Below, one piece after another: positions 7,813-16,759 of a stretch of 64,000 bases of DNA. The position numbers were made by a program, and so were the translations under genes. A model generated the notes under the pieces. It saw nothing but the letters and a program-made list of their open reading frames with translations, was not told the origin of the DNA and did no database searches. This DNA is from a virus: IMG/VR virus record IMGVR_UViG_3300032770_000020, positions 3,284-67,283 of that record. One strand, given 5' to 3'. Positions within the stretch are counted from its first letter, which is position 1, and each line of letters opens with the position of its first letter.

Positions 7813-10800
7813 GTGGCCGACGACACCAACCCACTCGACCAGCTGGACGAGCAGCCGCAGGCTGAAGCGAACCCGCTGGACGCCCTCGATGAGTCGCCAG
7901 GGCCCATGCCGGCGACCGCGGCGGCGGTCGACCAGGTGCCGGACCAGACCATCCCCGAGGTCACGGTCACGGGCCACAGGCCTGCTGCGTCGTGGTCCGA
8001 CGTCCTGGGGTCGGTTCTCCCGACCATCGGCGCGCGCATCGAGTCGAAGCTGGCGGGCCTGCAGGAGTTCAAGGGCAAGAGCGAGTACGCGGACGCCCGG
8101 AAGACCTTCTGGCAGTCGATGATCCTCCCAGGAGCCGTGCGCGAGGCCAAGGACGCCGGTATCGCGCTCACCGACCACCCGGACGTCGTGGACAACGCCA
8201 AGCGCCTCGGGATCCGCCCAGACGTATTCGCGCGGGACTGGCCCGAGTACGTGAACATGAAGCCGGACGACCTGGCGGCGCTCCAGAAGGAGCAGGTCGA
8301 GAAGATGCGCGAGGGCCAGGAGCAGGCCCAGACCGGCGGAGGCCGTCGGAAACTGGCCGCCCAGGTGAGCGCCGACGTCAGGCCCGCCATGGGCGGCGAC
8401 TGGACGCCCAAGTCGATCGTCTTCGACTCCCTCACCGGGGTGCCGGACCTCCTGGTGGGCACCGCTGGCACGGTCGCCGGCGGCCCCGTGGTAGGCCTCG
8501 CGGCCATGGGATCGAGCATCGCCCCGGAGGAGTGGTCGGCCGCCAAGAACGCCGGCGCCGACGACCGCACCGCGGCGACCTACGCCACGCTCTCCAGCCT
8601 CGCCCAGGCGGCCCCCGAGATCCCCGTGCTCAAGATCATCGAGGGCGGCAGCACGGGCCGCAGCGTGCTCAGGAAGCTCGTAGGCGACACCGTGGCGCAG
8701 TCCGCGGTCGGCAAGGTGGCTGGCACTGCGGCCACCCAGGGCGTGTCCCAGGCGCTCATCCAGAGCCTCCAGGAGGGCGTCGACGCTGGGATTCTGGACG
8801 AGCAGACCAGCCTCAAGGACGCCCTTTCCAGAATCGGCCGCGCCGGGCTGATCGGGACGGCCATGGGCGTGCCGCTTGGCGGCGTGCACGCGGTGACCGG
8901 GCGCGAGCCGCGCGCGCCGGGGGAGCCCAAGCCCACGGTCCTGAATGAGCCAGGGACCACCGAGCAGCCGGAGCCGCGGGCTGGGGCAAATATCCAACCC
9001 GCGGCGACGCAACCCACTGAATCTGCTAAGGCAGCCCCGGCTGATACCCAAGAAAAGACGCGAGCAGCACTAGAGGCTCTCCAGGACAAGACCATCTCGC
9101 CTGCGCAGATGGAGCACCTCGAGGACCAGGGTCTCGCGCGCCGCAATGACCTCGGGGAGCCGATGATTCTCCCGGCCGGCCGGCGGGCGCTAGTCGCTTT
9201 CCAGAACCAGCCACAGGGAGAGCCAGGTAGCGCCAGGGAGACGCAGGCAGAGGAAAAGACCCCCGTAAAAAACCCCGTTTCGACGGGGGATGAATTGCTC
9301 GACCGCATCGGGAACGACGAGGGCCTTCGGGCCGAGCTCGAGCGCATGAAGGGCGAGACCGGCTGGGCCGAGGTCGGCGGCCGCATTATCCGGACCCCCG
9401 GGTCGGACGAGAGCAAGCCCGACACCATCACGCGCACCAAGTGGATCCCGAATGCGGAGTGGTGGCCCGGTCGGCCGAAGGGCCTCACCGAGGACCAGGT
9501 GCACCTGGCGGTCGACAAGGCGCTGAACGGCGAGGAGCTCGGCAAGCGCGAGCGCTCCATGATCGAGCATATGGTCGGCGCGGCGGACGACAGGGTCGCC
9601 GCCGGCAACGAGGACTTCACCAGGCACCTCGAGGAGGCGCGCGCCGACACGGAGTCCAACCCCACCGAGGCGCAGAAGAAGGCGGGTAATTATGCGAAAG
9701 GTGAGGTCCAGTTCGCTCCGGGCCTGACCTTCACCATGGAGAATCCCAAGGGCTCGACGCGGTCGGGCACAGGCCCCGAGGGCCCCTGGGAGAGAACCAT
9801 GCAGCACGACTACGGCTACCTGAACCGCTCCACCGGCGCGGACGGCGACCACGTGGACGCCTTCCTGACTGGCAAGCCCGACACCGGCAAGGCCTTCGTG
9901 GTCAACCAGGTGGACCCGCAGACCGGACGCTTTGACGAGACAAAGTCAGTACTGGGCGCGCGCACCGCAGCGGAGGCGCGCGAGACGTATCTAGCAAACT
10001 ACCCGCGGGGTTGGAAAGGACTCGGCTCGGTGGCACAGTTGAGCACCGATGCCTACCGTGACTGGCTCCGCTCAGGCGACCACTCCAAGCCGCTCGTACC
10101 CGGAGCGCCAGGAGCGCCACGGGAAACGGTACTGGCCGGAGTACCAGCTCTGGCTGCAGATGAAGGGACGCTGTCTCAACCCGAGAAACAGGCGCTACAG
10201 CGACTACGGCGGGAGGGGAATCAGAATCTGCCCGAGGTGGCTGACCAGCTTCAACGCATTCATCAGCGACTTGGGCCGGAGGCCTTCGCCGCAAATGAGT
10301 CTGGAGCGGAAGGACAACAACGGGCACTACGAGCCGGGCAACGTGGTGTGGCTGCCGAAGCGGGACCAATCTCGGAACAGGCGGAACTGCCCGCCGGTGG
10401 AGCACATGGGCAGGAAACAGCTGGCCGTAGATTGGGACCGGGAGCTCGGGCTGAAGAGGGGCACGGTCTCGAGGTGGCGCCGGGCGGGGAAGAGCGTCGC
10501 GGAGCTGCTCGCCGCGAGGACGTAGAGCGCCGCAAAGCCGTCGCCGCGATGTCCCCTGAGGAGATGCGGCAGACCCTCCTCACCCACGAGCTCACAGGCC
10601 TGCCAAACCGGCGCGCGTACGATGAGGCGCCGAAGCTCTCCCACCAGGTGGCCGTGGACGTGGACTCCCTCAAGTGGGTCAACGATACGATGGGCCACGA
10701 GCACGGGGACGAGCTGCTCAAGACCGTCGCCGCGGCGCTGAAGGAGCAGACCGGCCACGCCTTCCACATCTCGGGGGACGAGTTCGTGGTGCAGGCCCGG

Positions 10801-13800
10801 AGCGAGCAGGAGGCCCACGACGTCATGCGCGAGGTGGCCGATGCCCTGGGCGGCTCCCGCATCGAGGCCACCCACCCGGACGGCCGAACCGTCGAGCTCG
10901 CTGGACTCGGACTCAGTTATGGCGTAGGAAGAAGCCTCCGTGAAGCCGACCGCAACCTCAGCGTCCACAAAGCCGATCGCGAAGCCCGCGGTGAGCGTGC
11001 TGCCCGGGGGGAGAAGCCTCCAGGAGCGCTTGAGCGCGCGGGGCGTGGGCAAAGGCTGGAAGCTGAAAGTGCGGTTGCCGAGCCGCGCGTAGAGACCGAC
11101 CGTGTCCGAGAAGACCAAGCCACCTACACCGCCGCCCAGCCGGTACCCGCAGAAGGAGGAAATCTTTCTGTTGGGGAACGTGCCCGCGGCTCTCGGGACG
11201 TACAGTCCGGCGCCAACCTACAGCTCTTTACGTCGGACCAGGCCCCAGCTGCGTCTCGTTCGATCACCGGAACGCGAGTCGGACTAGCCGAGACCGGGCG
11301 GTTCTCGTCCGGCATCAAGCAGGTGAAGCGATGGCAGGACGCCGCGCACATCTTCGCCCCGCTGCGTAAGTCCCCCCAGGAGCACATCATGGCCCTGGTA
11401 GTGGACGCCAAGGGCCGGCCACTCGCGGTGCTGCGCCACCAGATCGGGAACCAGACCGGCGCCGGCGTGGTGCCGCACATCCTCATCGGCGCGATCGGCA
11501 AGGTCGAGGGCGCGGCGGGCGTCTGGTTCGGACACAACCACCCGTCTGGGGTCACTGAGCAGAGCGGGGCCGACGAGAGCATCACCAACCAGCTGCACGA
11601 TTACATGCGCGGCAGCGGCATCGACCCGCTCGGTATGGTCGTGGTCACCCCCGGTGGCATGAAGGCGTCGTTCTACCACCCGGCAATCCACGGCGGCGGT
11701 GGCTCCGAGGAGGGCCGCACGACCGCGGCGGCGCGCGGCAAGCGCACATCCGTGCCTGTCATGGAGCGCCGGTTCACCCGGATCCCGTCCGGGGAGCGTG
11801 CCGTGCTCGACTCACCCGACAAGGCCAAGGAAGCGGTCGAGAAGTCAGGGCTCAAGTCGGGGGTAATGTTCCTCGACAACCGCCACAAGCTCGTCGCGAC
11901 GCTGCCGATGGACCCCAAGGAAATGGGCCCGCTGCGCACCGGCGACACGCGGTCCGGGATCATGCACGTGCTCCGCGCCGCAGAGGACGCCAACGCGACC
12001 TCAGCCATCACGTTCGGCGCCGAGAAGGACAGCGCCATCATCTCGAACCTCGGCAACATGCTGAACCAGACGGGGCTGCGCCTCCTCGACACGATGCTCA
12101 AGGGGAAGGACGGGGCGTTTTTCTCGCTGGGGAGTGGCCTGGTGTCGGACCGCAACTTCTACGCCATGCGCGAGTCGCCAGCCGGGCCGTTCGAGTTGCC
12201 CGCGGAGCACCGCGCCTCGATCGAGCAGGCCGTGCGCGCCTCCATCCGGGACTCAGGGATGCGCGCCGCGCCCGACTTCCCGCACGTCGAGGTGCACGCG
12301 GACTACACCACGCTGCCGCGCGACCTGCGCAACCAGGTCATACAGGACCGCGCCGAGCGCACCGCCGGCGCCGTCTACGACCCGGAGACCGGCCATATCC
12401 ACATGATCGCCGAGAACCTCGGCGGCCCGCGGGAGGCCACGGAGACGCTCTGGCACGAGGCCGTGGGGCACCACGGGCTCAGGCTGATCATGGACGCCGA
12501 CCGGTACGCGGACGTCATGGACGGCGTCTGGAACGCGATGCCGGACCGGGTGCGGCAGACGGCCGACAGGAATGGGCTAGATGTCGGTCAACTAGCACAG
12601 CGCCGGCTCGCCGCGGAAGAGGTCATCGCCTACGCCGCCGGGCGGCATCTCGCGGGCGCGACAATCGACAAGCAGGTACGGCCCTTCTGGCAGCGCGCGC
12701 TCACCGCGGTCAAGGCCTTCGTGGCGCGGTTGACCGGCAAGCCCTTCACGGATGACGCGGCGATCGCGAGCCTCATCCAGGAGTCGAAGCGGGCACTTGA
12801 GGGAGGCGCTGGGCGTCTCAAAGCGCTAGCTGACCATGACCTGGCAATCACCTCGAGGTCCCCGCTTGATATGCGCAGCGCCGAGGAGCGCGAGCAGGCC
12901 GAGATAGCTCGCGAGCTCAAGGAGAGCGGTTACGACGTTCAGTTCGGCCCAGAGGGAGTCTCGATCGTCGAGCCCGGGGAAGACGGGTCATCCTTTGTGC
13001 ACCCGGCCGCCGACCCGTCAGGCCTTCCGGAAGCGATCCAGGCACCGGTCGCACGCCTGAACGAGCTCAACGTTCAGATCAGGGAAGCCTACGGTGACCG
13101 CTGGGCCGAGCGGGCGTCACTGTCGCGGGAACTGCCGCGCTACTGGAAGAAGCCGAGCCAGCAGACCCTAGGGCTCCAGCACGGCCAGGGCCCGGGCTGG
13201 TACGAGCGCATCCGGAGCGCCGTCGAGTACCTGCACTCGAACCCCGTGACCAAGGACCTGCGGAAGCTCATCAACCCGACCAAGCTCTCGGAGGAGTCGA
13301 AGCGCACCGCAGTGATCGCGCGCGCCGCGCTCGGGAACCTCGCGCACCAGACCTTCGAGACCCAGGAGGCGCTCGAGCAATTCTCCCGCCAGATCGACCG
13401 CTTAGCTCCCGAGGAGCAGCTCGAGATGATGGACGCCATCGAGCATGGCGTGCCGCAGCCGAACGCGGACCTCCAGCCGGTGGCGGATGCGCTACGGAAG
13501 CAGCTCGACACCTGGCGGGACAAGGTCCGGGGCCTCGGCACCGGCGCGTTGGATAACTTCATCGAGAACTACTTCCCGCACTACTGGACGCAGCCGGGTC
13601 AGGCGCAGCGCATGGTGGCGACGATCATGGGACGACGGCCGCTCCGGGGACCTGCGTCCTTCCTCAAGATGCGCACGATCCCCACCATCAAGGAGGGCAT
13701 GGACGCTGGCCTCACCCCGCTCACGATCAACCCGCTCGTGATGACGCTCCTCAAGGTGCGCGAGATGCAGCGCTTCGTATCGGGCGTCAAGATGATGCAG

Positions 13801-15702
13801 TCCTTCAAGGATGCGGGCCTCGCGCAGTTCCTCCCGGCCACCAAGCCCATGCCCGACGGCTGGGCCGAGATCAAGGACAACATCGCCAAGGTCAGGCAAT
13901 GGTCGGAAGAAGAGCAGGGCTTCATCGAGCGCGGCCGCTACATCATGCCGGAGGACGCCGCGCGGTTGATCAATAACCACGTCGGCCGGTCAGTCCTCAC
14001 CGAGTTCACGCCGACCCACGTGCTGCGCCTGGGCGGGAACCTGCTCAACGCCATGCAGCTCGGCTTCTCGGCCTTCCACCTCGGGTTCACCACGCTGGAC
14101 GCCAGCATCTCGAAGAACGCGCTCGGCCTCGAGCAGCTCATCCGCGGCGAGGTCGGGCGCGCCGCCGCGTCCTTCGCCCAGGGCATGACGCCGGCGGGCG
14201 CGGTCCTCAACGTGCGCCGCGGCTACCAGCTGTTGAAGGCCTACGCGGACCCCTCGGGCGCGACACCGGAGATGGCCAAGATCGTGAGCGCCCTAGAGGC
14301 CGCGGGCGGCCGCGTGGCGATGGACCGCTACTACATGGCCATCAGCGGGGTGAGCCCATTCCGCGGCGTCGGGATCCGCTCCCTCGCCGGCGACGTACGC
14401 GAGGCCCTCAAGGGCCCGGAGCCGATCAAGGGCGCGGCGCGCGCGGTGGCGAACTTCCCCGCGGAGTACGCGCTCAGCGCCTACCGCGAACTCCAGGGCA
14501 TGGTCCACACGATGCCGCTCCTGCAGGTCCCGTTCGAGGTGGCCGGCCGGCTGGTGCGGGCCTCGACGTCCTGGATCATGGAGCACCTGGTGCCCATGCA
14601 GAAGCTCGGGGTCTTCAGCGACATGGCGCAGGACTACCTCAGGCGCAACCCCACGGCGACCTCCGACCAGGTCGCGCGCGCGATGCAGTCGGCCTGGGAC
14701 TCGGTGGACAACCGCCTGGGCGAGATGGTCTACGACAACGTCTTCTGGAATCGCACCTTCAAGGACGCGAACCACCTGGCGGTGCGCGCCGTGGGCTGGA
14801 ACCTCGGCACCATCCGGGAGATTGGCGGGGCTCCGATCGACGCGCTCAAGGCCGTCGACAAGCTCGCGCGCGAGGGCAAGATCACCGCGGACGACATCGG
14901 CCACAAGATTCCGTACGTGGTCGCGATGACAATGACCACGGCGATGCTCGGGGCGACGATCAACTATATGTTCACCGGCCAGGGCCCGCAGGAGCTCAAG
15001 GACTACTTCTTCCCGCGCACCGGCGGCATGACGAGCCACGGGACGCCGCAGCGGCTCTCGCTGCCGTCCTACGTGAAGGACGTCTACGAGTACTCCCAGC
15101 GGCCGGGCACGACCATCGCCAACAAGCTGAACCCCATCTTCAGCGTGCTCTCGGACATCTGGCGCAACGAGGACTACTTCGGCAACCCCATCTCGGAGCC
15201 TGAGGCCTCGGGCCTCACCCAGTTCGGCCAGCGGGCGGCCTTCGCGGCGCGCGAAGCGACGCCGTTCTCCATCCAAGGGCGCTCGCACATTGAGGGCTCG
15301 GACACCGAGGGCGTGTCGGGTGCCATCAAGCGCACGCTACCCTTCATCGGCGTGACGCCGGCGCCCGGATACGTGACCTCGCCGGACCAGCTCGAGCGCC
15401 GCGAGCGCTACGAGGCCGAGGACAAGTACTCGCGCGAGCTCCGCTACAAGCTGAATCGCGCCATGGCGACCCACGACCAGGACGCCATCAAGTCCCTGAC
15501 GGACCAGTACACCCAGTCGCGCCGGCGCGTGAAGGAGCTCCAGGTCGAGCTCCAGAAGGACAAGGCCAAGTCCGCGGCCGCGCGCCGCCAGAACGTCATC
15601 TCGATGCGCCAGCAGGGATTCCCGGCCACCGCCGGGCTCGTCGCATCTCTCCCGCTCGAGCCGGACCGGGCCGCGCGCGAGTACTTCAGGTCCATGGCAT
15701 GA
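7813..15702 (+). CDS. Giant (2629 aa) polyvalent ejection-type protein: inorganic-pyrophosphatase-like, GGDEF, JAB/RadC (x2), zincin-like metallopeptidase and helical C-terminal domains
   Basis: PTEAQKKAGNY...DYGY...GADGDHVD (~9660-10090); LTGLPNRR...DVDSLKWVNDTMGHEHGD...SGDEF (~10575-10980); HNHPSG-x4-SxxD (~11330-11670); WHEAVGHHG (12451-12477). Confidence 0.9.
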   Translation: MADDTNPLDQLDEQPQAEANPLDALDESPGPMPATAAAVDQVPDQTIPEVTVTGHRPAASWSDVLGSVLPTIGARIESKLAGLQEFKGKSEYADARKTFWQSMILPGAVREAKDAGIALTDHPDVVDNAKRLGIRPDVFARDWPEYVNMKPDDLAALQKEQVEKMREGQEQAQTGGGRRKLAAQVSADVRPAMGGDWTPKSIVFDSLTGVPDLLVGTAGTVAGGPVVGLAAMGSSIAPEEWSAAKNAGADDRTAATYATLSSLAQAAPEIPVLKIIEGGSTGRSVLRKLVGDTVAQSAVGKVAGTAATQGVSQALIQSLQEGVDAGILDEQTSLKDALSRIGRAGLIGTAMGVPLGGVHAVTGREPRAPGEPKPTVLNEPGTTEQPEPRAGANIQPAATQPTESAKAAPADTQEKTRAALEALQDKTISPAQMEHLEDQGLARRNDLGEPMILPAGRRALVAFQNQPQGEPGSARETQAEEKTPVKNPVSTGDELLDRIGNDEGLRAELERMKGETGWAEVGGRIIRTPGSDESKPDTITRTKWIPNAEWWPGRPKGLTEDQVHLAVDKALNGEELGKRERSMIEHMVGAADDRVAAGNEDFTRHLEEARADTESNPTEAQKKAGNYAKGEVQFAPGLTFTMENPKGSTRSGTGPEGPWERTMQHDYGYLNRSTGADGDHVDAFLTGKPDTGKAFVVNQVDPQTGRFDETKSVLGARTAAEARETYLANYPRGWKGLGSVAQLSTDAYRDWLRSGDHSKPLVPGAPGAPRETVLAGVPALAADEGTLSQPEKQALQRLRREGNQNLPEVADQLQRIHQRLGPEAFAANESGAEGQQRALRAGQRGVAAEAGPISEQAELPAGGAHGQETAGRRLGPGARAEEGHGLEVAPGGEERRGAARREDVERRKAVAAMSPEEMRQTLLTHELTGLPNRRAYDEAPKLSHQVAVDVDSLKWVNDTMGHEHGDELLKTVAAALKEQTGHAFHISGDEFVVQARSEQEAHDVMREVADALGGSRIEATHPDGRTVELAGLGLSYGVGRSLREADRNLSVHKADREARGERAARGEKPPGALERAGRGQRLEAESAVAEPRVETDRVREDQATYTAAQPVPAEGGNLSVGERARGSRDVQSGANLQLFTSDQAPAASRSITGTRVGLAETGRFSSGIKQVKRWQDAAHIFAPLRKSPQEHIMALVVDAKGRPLAVLRHQIGNQTGAGVVPHILIGAIGKVEGAAGVWFGHNHPSGVTEQSGADESITNQLHDYMRGSGIDPLGMVVVTPGGMKASFYHPAIHGGGGSEEGRTTAAARGKRTSVPVMERRFTRIPSGERAVLDSPDKAKEAVEKSGLKSGVMFLDNRHKLVATLPMDPKEMGPLRTGDTRSGIMHVLRAAEDANATSAITFGAEKDSAIISNLGNMLNQTGLRLLDTMLKGKDGAFFSLGSGLVSDRNFYAMRESPAGPFELPAEHRASIEQAVRASIRDSGMRAAPDFPHVEVHADYTTLPRDLRNQVIQDRAERTAGAVYDPETGHIHMIAENLGGPREATETLWHEAVGHHGLRLIMDADRYADVMDGVWNAMPDRVRQTADRNGLDVGQLAQRRLAAEEVIAYAAGRHLAGATIDKQVRPFWQRALTAVKAFVARLTGKPFTDDAAIASLIQESKRALEGGAGRLKALADHDLAITSRSPLDMRSAEEREQAEIARELKESGYDVQFGPEGVSIVEPGEDGSSFVHPAADPSGLPEAIQAPVARLNELNVQIREAYGDRWAERASLSRELPRYWKKPSQQTLGLQHGQGPGWYERIRSAVEYLHSNPVTKDLRKLINPTKLSEESKRTAVIARAALGNLAHQTFETQEALEQFSRQIDRLAPEEQLEMMDAIEHGVPQPNADLQPVADALRKQLDTWRDKVRGLGTGALDNFIENYFPHYWTQPGQAQRMVATIMGRRPLRGPASFLKMRTIPTIKEGMDAGLTPLTINPLVMTLLKVREMQRFVSGVKMMQSFKDAGLAQFLPATKPMPDGWAEIKDNIAKVRQWSEEEQGFIERGRYIMPEDAARLINNHVGRSVLTEFTPTHVLRLGGNLLNAMQLGFSAFHLGFTTLDASISKNALGLEQLIRGEVGRAAASFAQGMTPAGAVLNVRRGYQLLKAYADPSGATPEMAKIVSALEAAGGRVAMDRYYMAISGVSPFRGVGIRSLAGDVREALKGPEPIKGAARAVANFPAEYALSAYRELQGMVHTMPLLQVPFEVAGRLVRASTSWIMEHLVPMQKLGVFSDMAQDYLRRNPTATSDQVARAMQSAWDSVDNRLGEMVYDNVFWNRTFKDANHLAVRAVGWNLGTIREIGGAPIDALKAVDKLAREGKITADDIGHKIPYVVAMTMTTAMLGATINYMFTGQGPQELKDYFFPRTGGMTSHGTPQRLSLPSYVKDVYEYSQRPGTTIANKLNPIFSVLSDIWRNEDYFGNPISEPEASGLTQFGQRAAFAAREATPFSIQGRSHIEGSDTEGVSGAIKRTLPFIGVTPAPGYVTSPDQLERRERYEAEDKYSRELRYKLNRAMATHDQDAIKSLTDQYTQSRRRVKELQVELQKDKAKSAAARRQNVISMRQQGFPATAGLVASLPLEPDRAAREYFRSMA
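9267..9288 (-). terminator. Intragenic antisense rho-independent terminator-like hairpin
   Basis: Minus strand reads CCCCGT-CGAA-ACGGGG-TTTTTT. Confidence 0.45.
10049..10525 (+). mobile_element. HNH-type homing endonuclease gene nested in the +1 frame of the giant gene
   Basis: EYQLWLQMKGRCLNP...YGGRGIRICPRW...F..F..DLG.RP...SLERKDNNGHYEPGN..W...Q.RN.R plus C-terminal HTH; aligns by eye with HNH 26987..27442; GC3 bias moves to this frame. Confidence 0.85.
10940..11092 (+). CDS. Candidate nested +1-frame small basic protein (50 aa)
   Basis: GTG after TAGGAAGAAG; hand count 44/50 codons G/C-ending versus 31/50 in the host frame. Confidence 0.4.
   Translation: MKPTATSASTKPIAKPAVSVLPGGRSLQERLSARGVGKGWKLKVRLPSRA
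11102..11287 (+). CDS. Candidate nested +1-frame small protein (61 aa)
   Basis: AGAGACCGACC-GTG matches the phage's recurrent GAGACC-N3-4-start motif; host frame is low-complexity here. Confidence 0.35.
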   Translation: MSEKTKPPTPPPSRYPQKEEIFLLGNVPAALGTYSPAPTYSSLRRTRPQLRLVRSPERESD

Positions 15703-15833
15703 CCACCGCCGACGTCATAGCCAGCGTCGCCGGGGTCGCTTCGGCGGTCGGCCTGGTAGTCCACTGCTTCCTCGACAAGCTGAGGTTCCGGCAGGTGTGG
15801 CGAAACATCGGACGTCCCAAACGCAGGAGGTAG
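15699..15833 (+). CDS. Small single-TM protein with basic tail (holin/antiholin-like)
   Basis: MTTADVIASVAGVASAVGLVVHCFLDKLRFRQVWRNIGRPKRRR; ATGA overlap; directly before the endolysin. Confidence 0.55.
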   Translation: MTTADVIASVAGVASAVGLVVHCFLDKLRFRQVWRNIGRPKRRR

Positions 15834-15837
15834 GCAC

Positions 15838-16281
15838 ATGCAGCTCAGCCAGCACTTCTCTCTCGAGGAGCTTACGTTCTCCCAAGTGGCCGCGCGCACC
15901 GGCATCGACAACACCCCGTCCGATGAGGTGGTAGCGAACCTCACGCGCCTGTGCAACCTCCTGCTCGAGCCCGCGCGCGCCATGCTCGAGGTGCCGGTCC
16001 ACGTGGACAGCGGCTACCGCTCGACCGTCGTCAACGCCGCTGTGGGGGGCGCCAGGGACAGTGCCCACATGAGCGGCCGCGCCGCGGACACCGTGTTCCT
16101 CGGGATCCCCCTCGAGGAGGCCTTCGACAAGCTGCGCGCCAGCGACCTCCCCTTCGACCAGATCATCTTCGAGTGCCGTGCGTGGATACACCTGGCGATC
16201 GCCCCGGAAGGCGTCCAGCCGCGCAGGGAGGCTCTGACCGCGACCGGGCACGCCGGCGCGTGGCATTACCAGCCCGCATGA
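15838..16281 (+). CDS. Endolysin, peptidase M15A family
   Basis: LSQHFSLEE, SGYRS..VN..VGGA..SAH..GRAAD, DQIIFE..WIH. Confidence 0.9.
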   Translation: MQLSQHFSLEELTFSQVAARTGIDNTPSDEVVANLTRLCNLLLEPARAMLEVPVHVDSGYRSTVVNAAVGGARDSAHMSGRAADTVFLGIPLEEAFDKLRASDLPFDQIIFECRAWIHLAIAPEGVQPRREALTATGHAGAWHYQPA

Positions 16282-16290
16282 GGTGCCCAG

Positions 16291-16755
16291 GTGGAAGATG
16301 AAGTCCGAGTCAAGCAGCTCCCCCTCGCCCTTCGGCTATTCGTGGATGTCATCATGCTCAGAAGCACCCCGCTGACCGCCGTGTTCTGGAGCGCGTTCCT
16401 GATCGTGACGTGCTTCAACATCGCCTACGCCTGGAACTTCCTGCCGTCCTGGATCCCCATCGAGGCAGGGTTCGTGCGCATGGCGGACGAGCGGCGCAAC
16501 GACGCCCTACGCGAGGCCCGCGTCGCGCAGCTAGAGCAGAAGACCGACACGCGCATCACGGACGTGCAGAACAAGGTGGACTGGCAGCTGAAGCTCCTCC
16601 TGGTGCGGGAGATTCGGGATGCCAACACCGCGCTCTGCCACTCCCGAAGCGCCGGCGAGCGCGACAGTCTCCAGGGTTACATCGACCAGCTGATCCAGGA
16701 GTACACTCGCGTCACCGGAAACACCCTGCCCCAGCCACCGTGCCCAAGGAGTTGA
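16291..16755 (+). CDS. Membrane-anchored coiled-coil protein of the lysis cassette (possible spanin-like)
   Basis: One TM segment followed by coiled coil with two Cys. Confidence 0.55.
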   Translation: MEDEVRVKQLPLALRLFVDVIMLRSTPLTAVFWSAFLIVTCFNIAYAWNFLPSWIPIEAGFVRMADERRNDALREARVAQLEQKTDTRITDVQNKVDWQLKLLLVREIRDANTALCHSRSAGERDSLQGYIDQLIQEYTRVTGNTLPQPPCPRS

Positions 16756-16759
16756 TTCC

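Noticed and set aside
9900-10560. Group I intron or intein around the nested HNH
   Set aside because: HNH ORF fills the whole inter-domain interval and overlaps the PPase-like end; no intron core space and no C1/His-Asn intein termini in the host frame
12836-12907. Further nested +1 ORF in the low-GC3 linker near 12800-13140
   Set aside because: Only 23 codons and no codon-bias support
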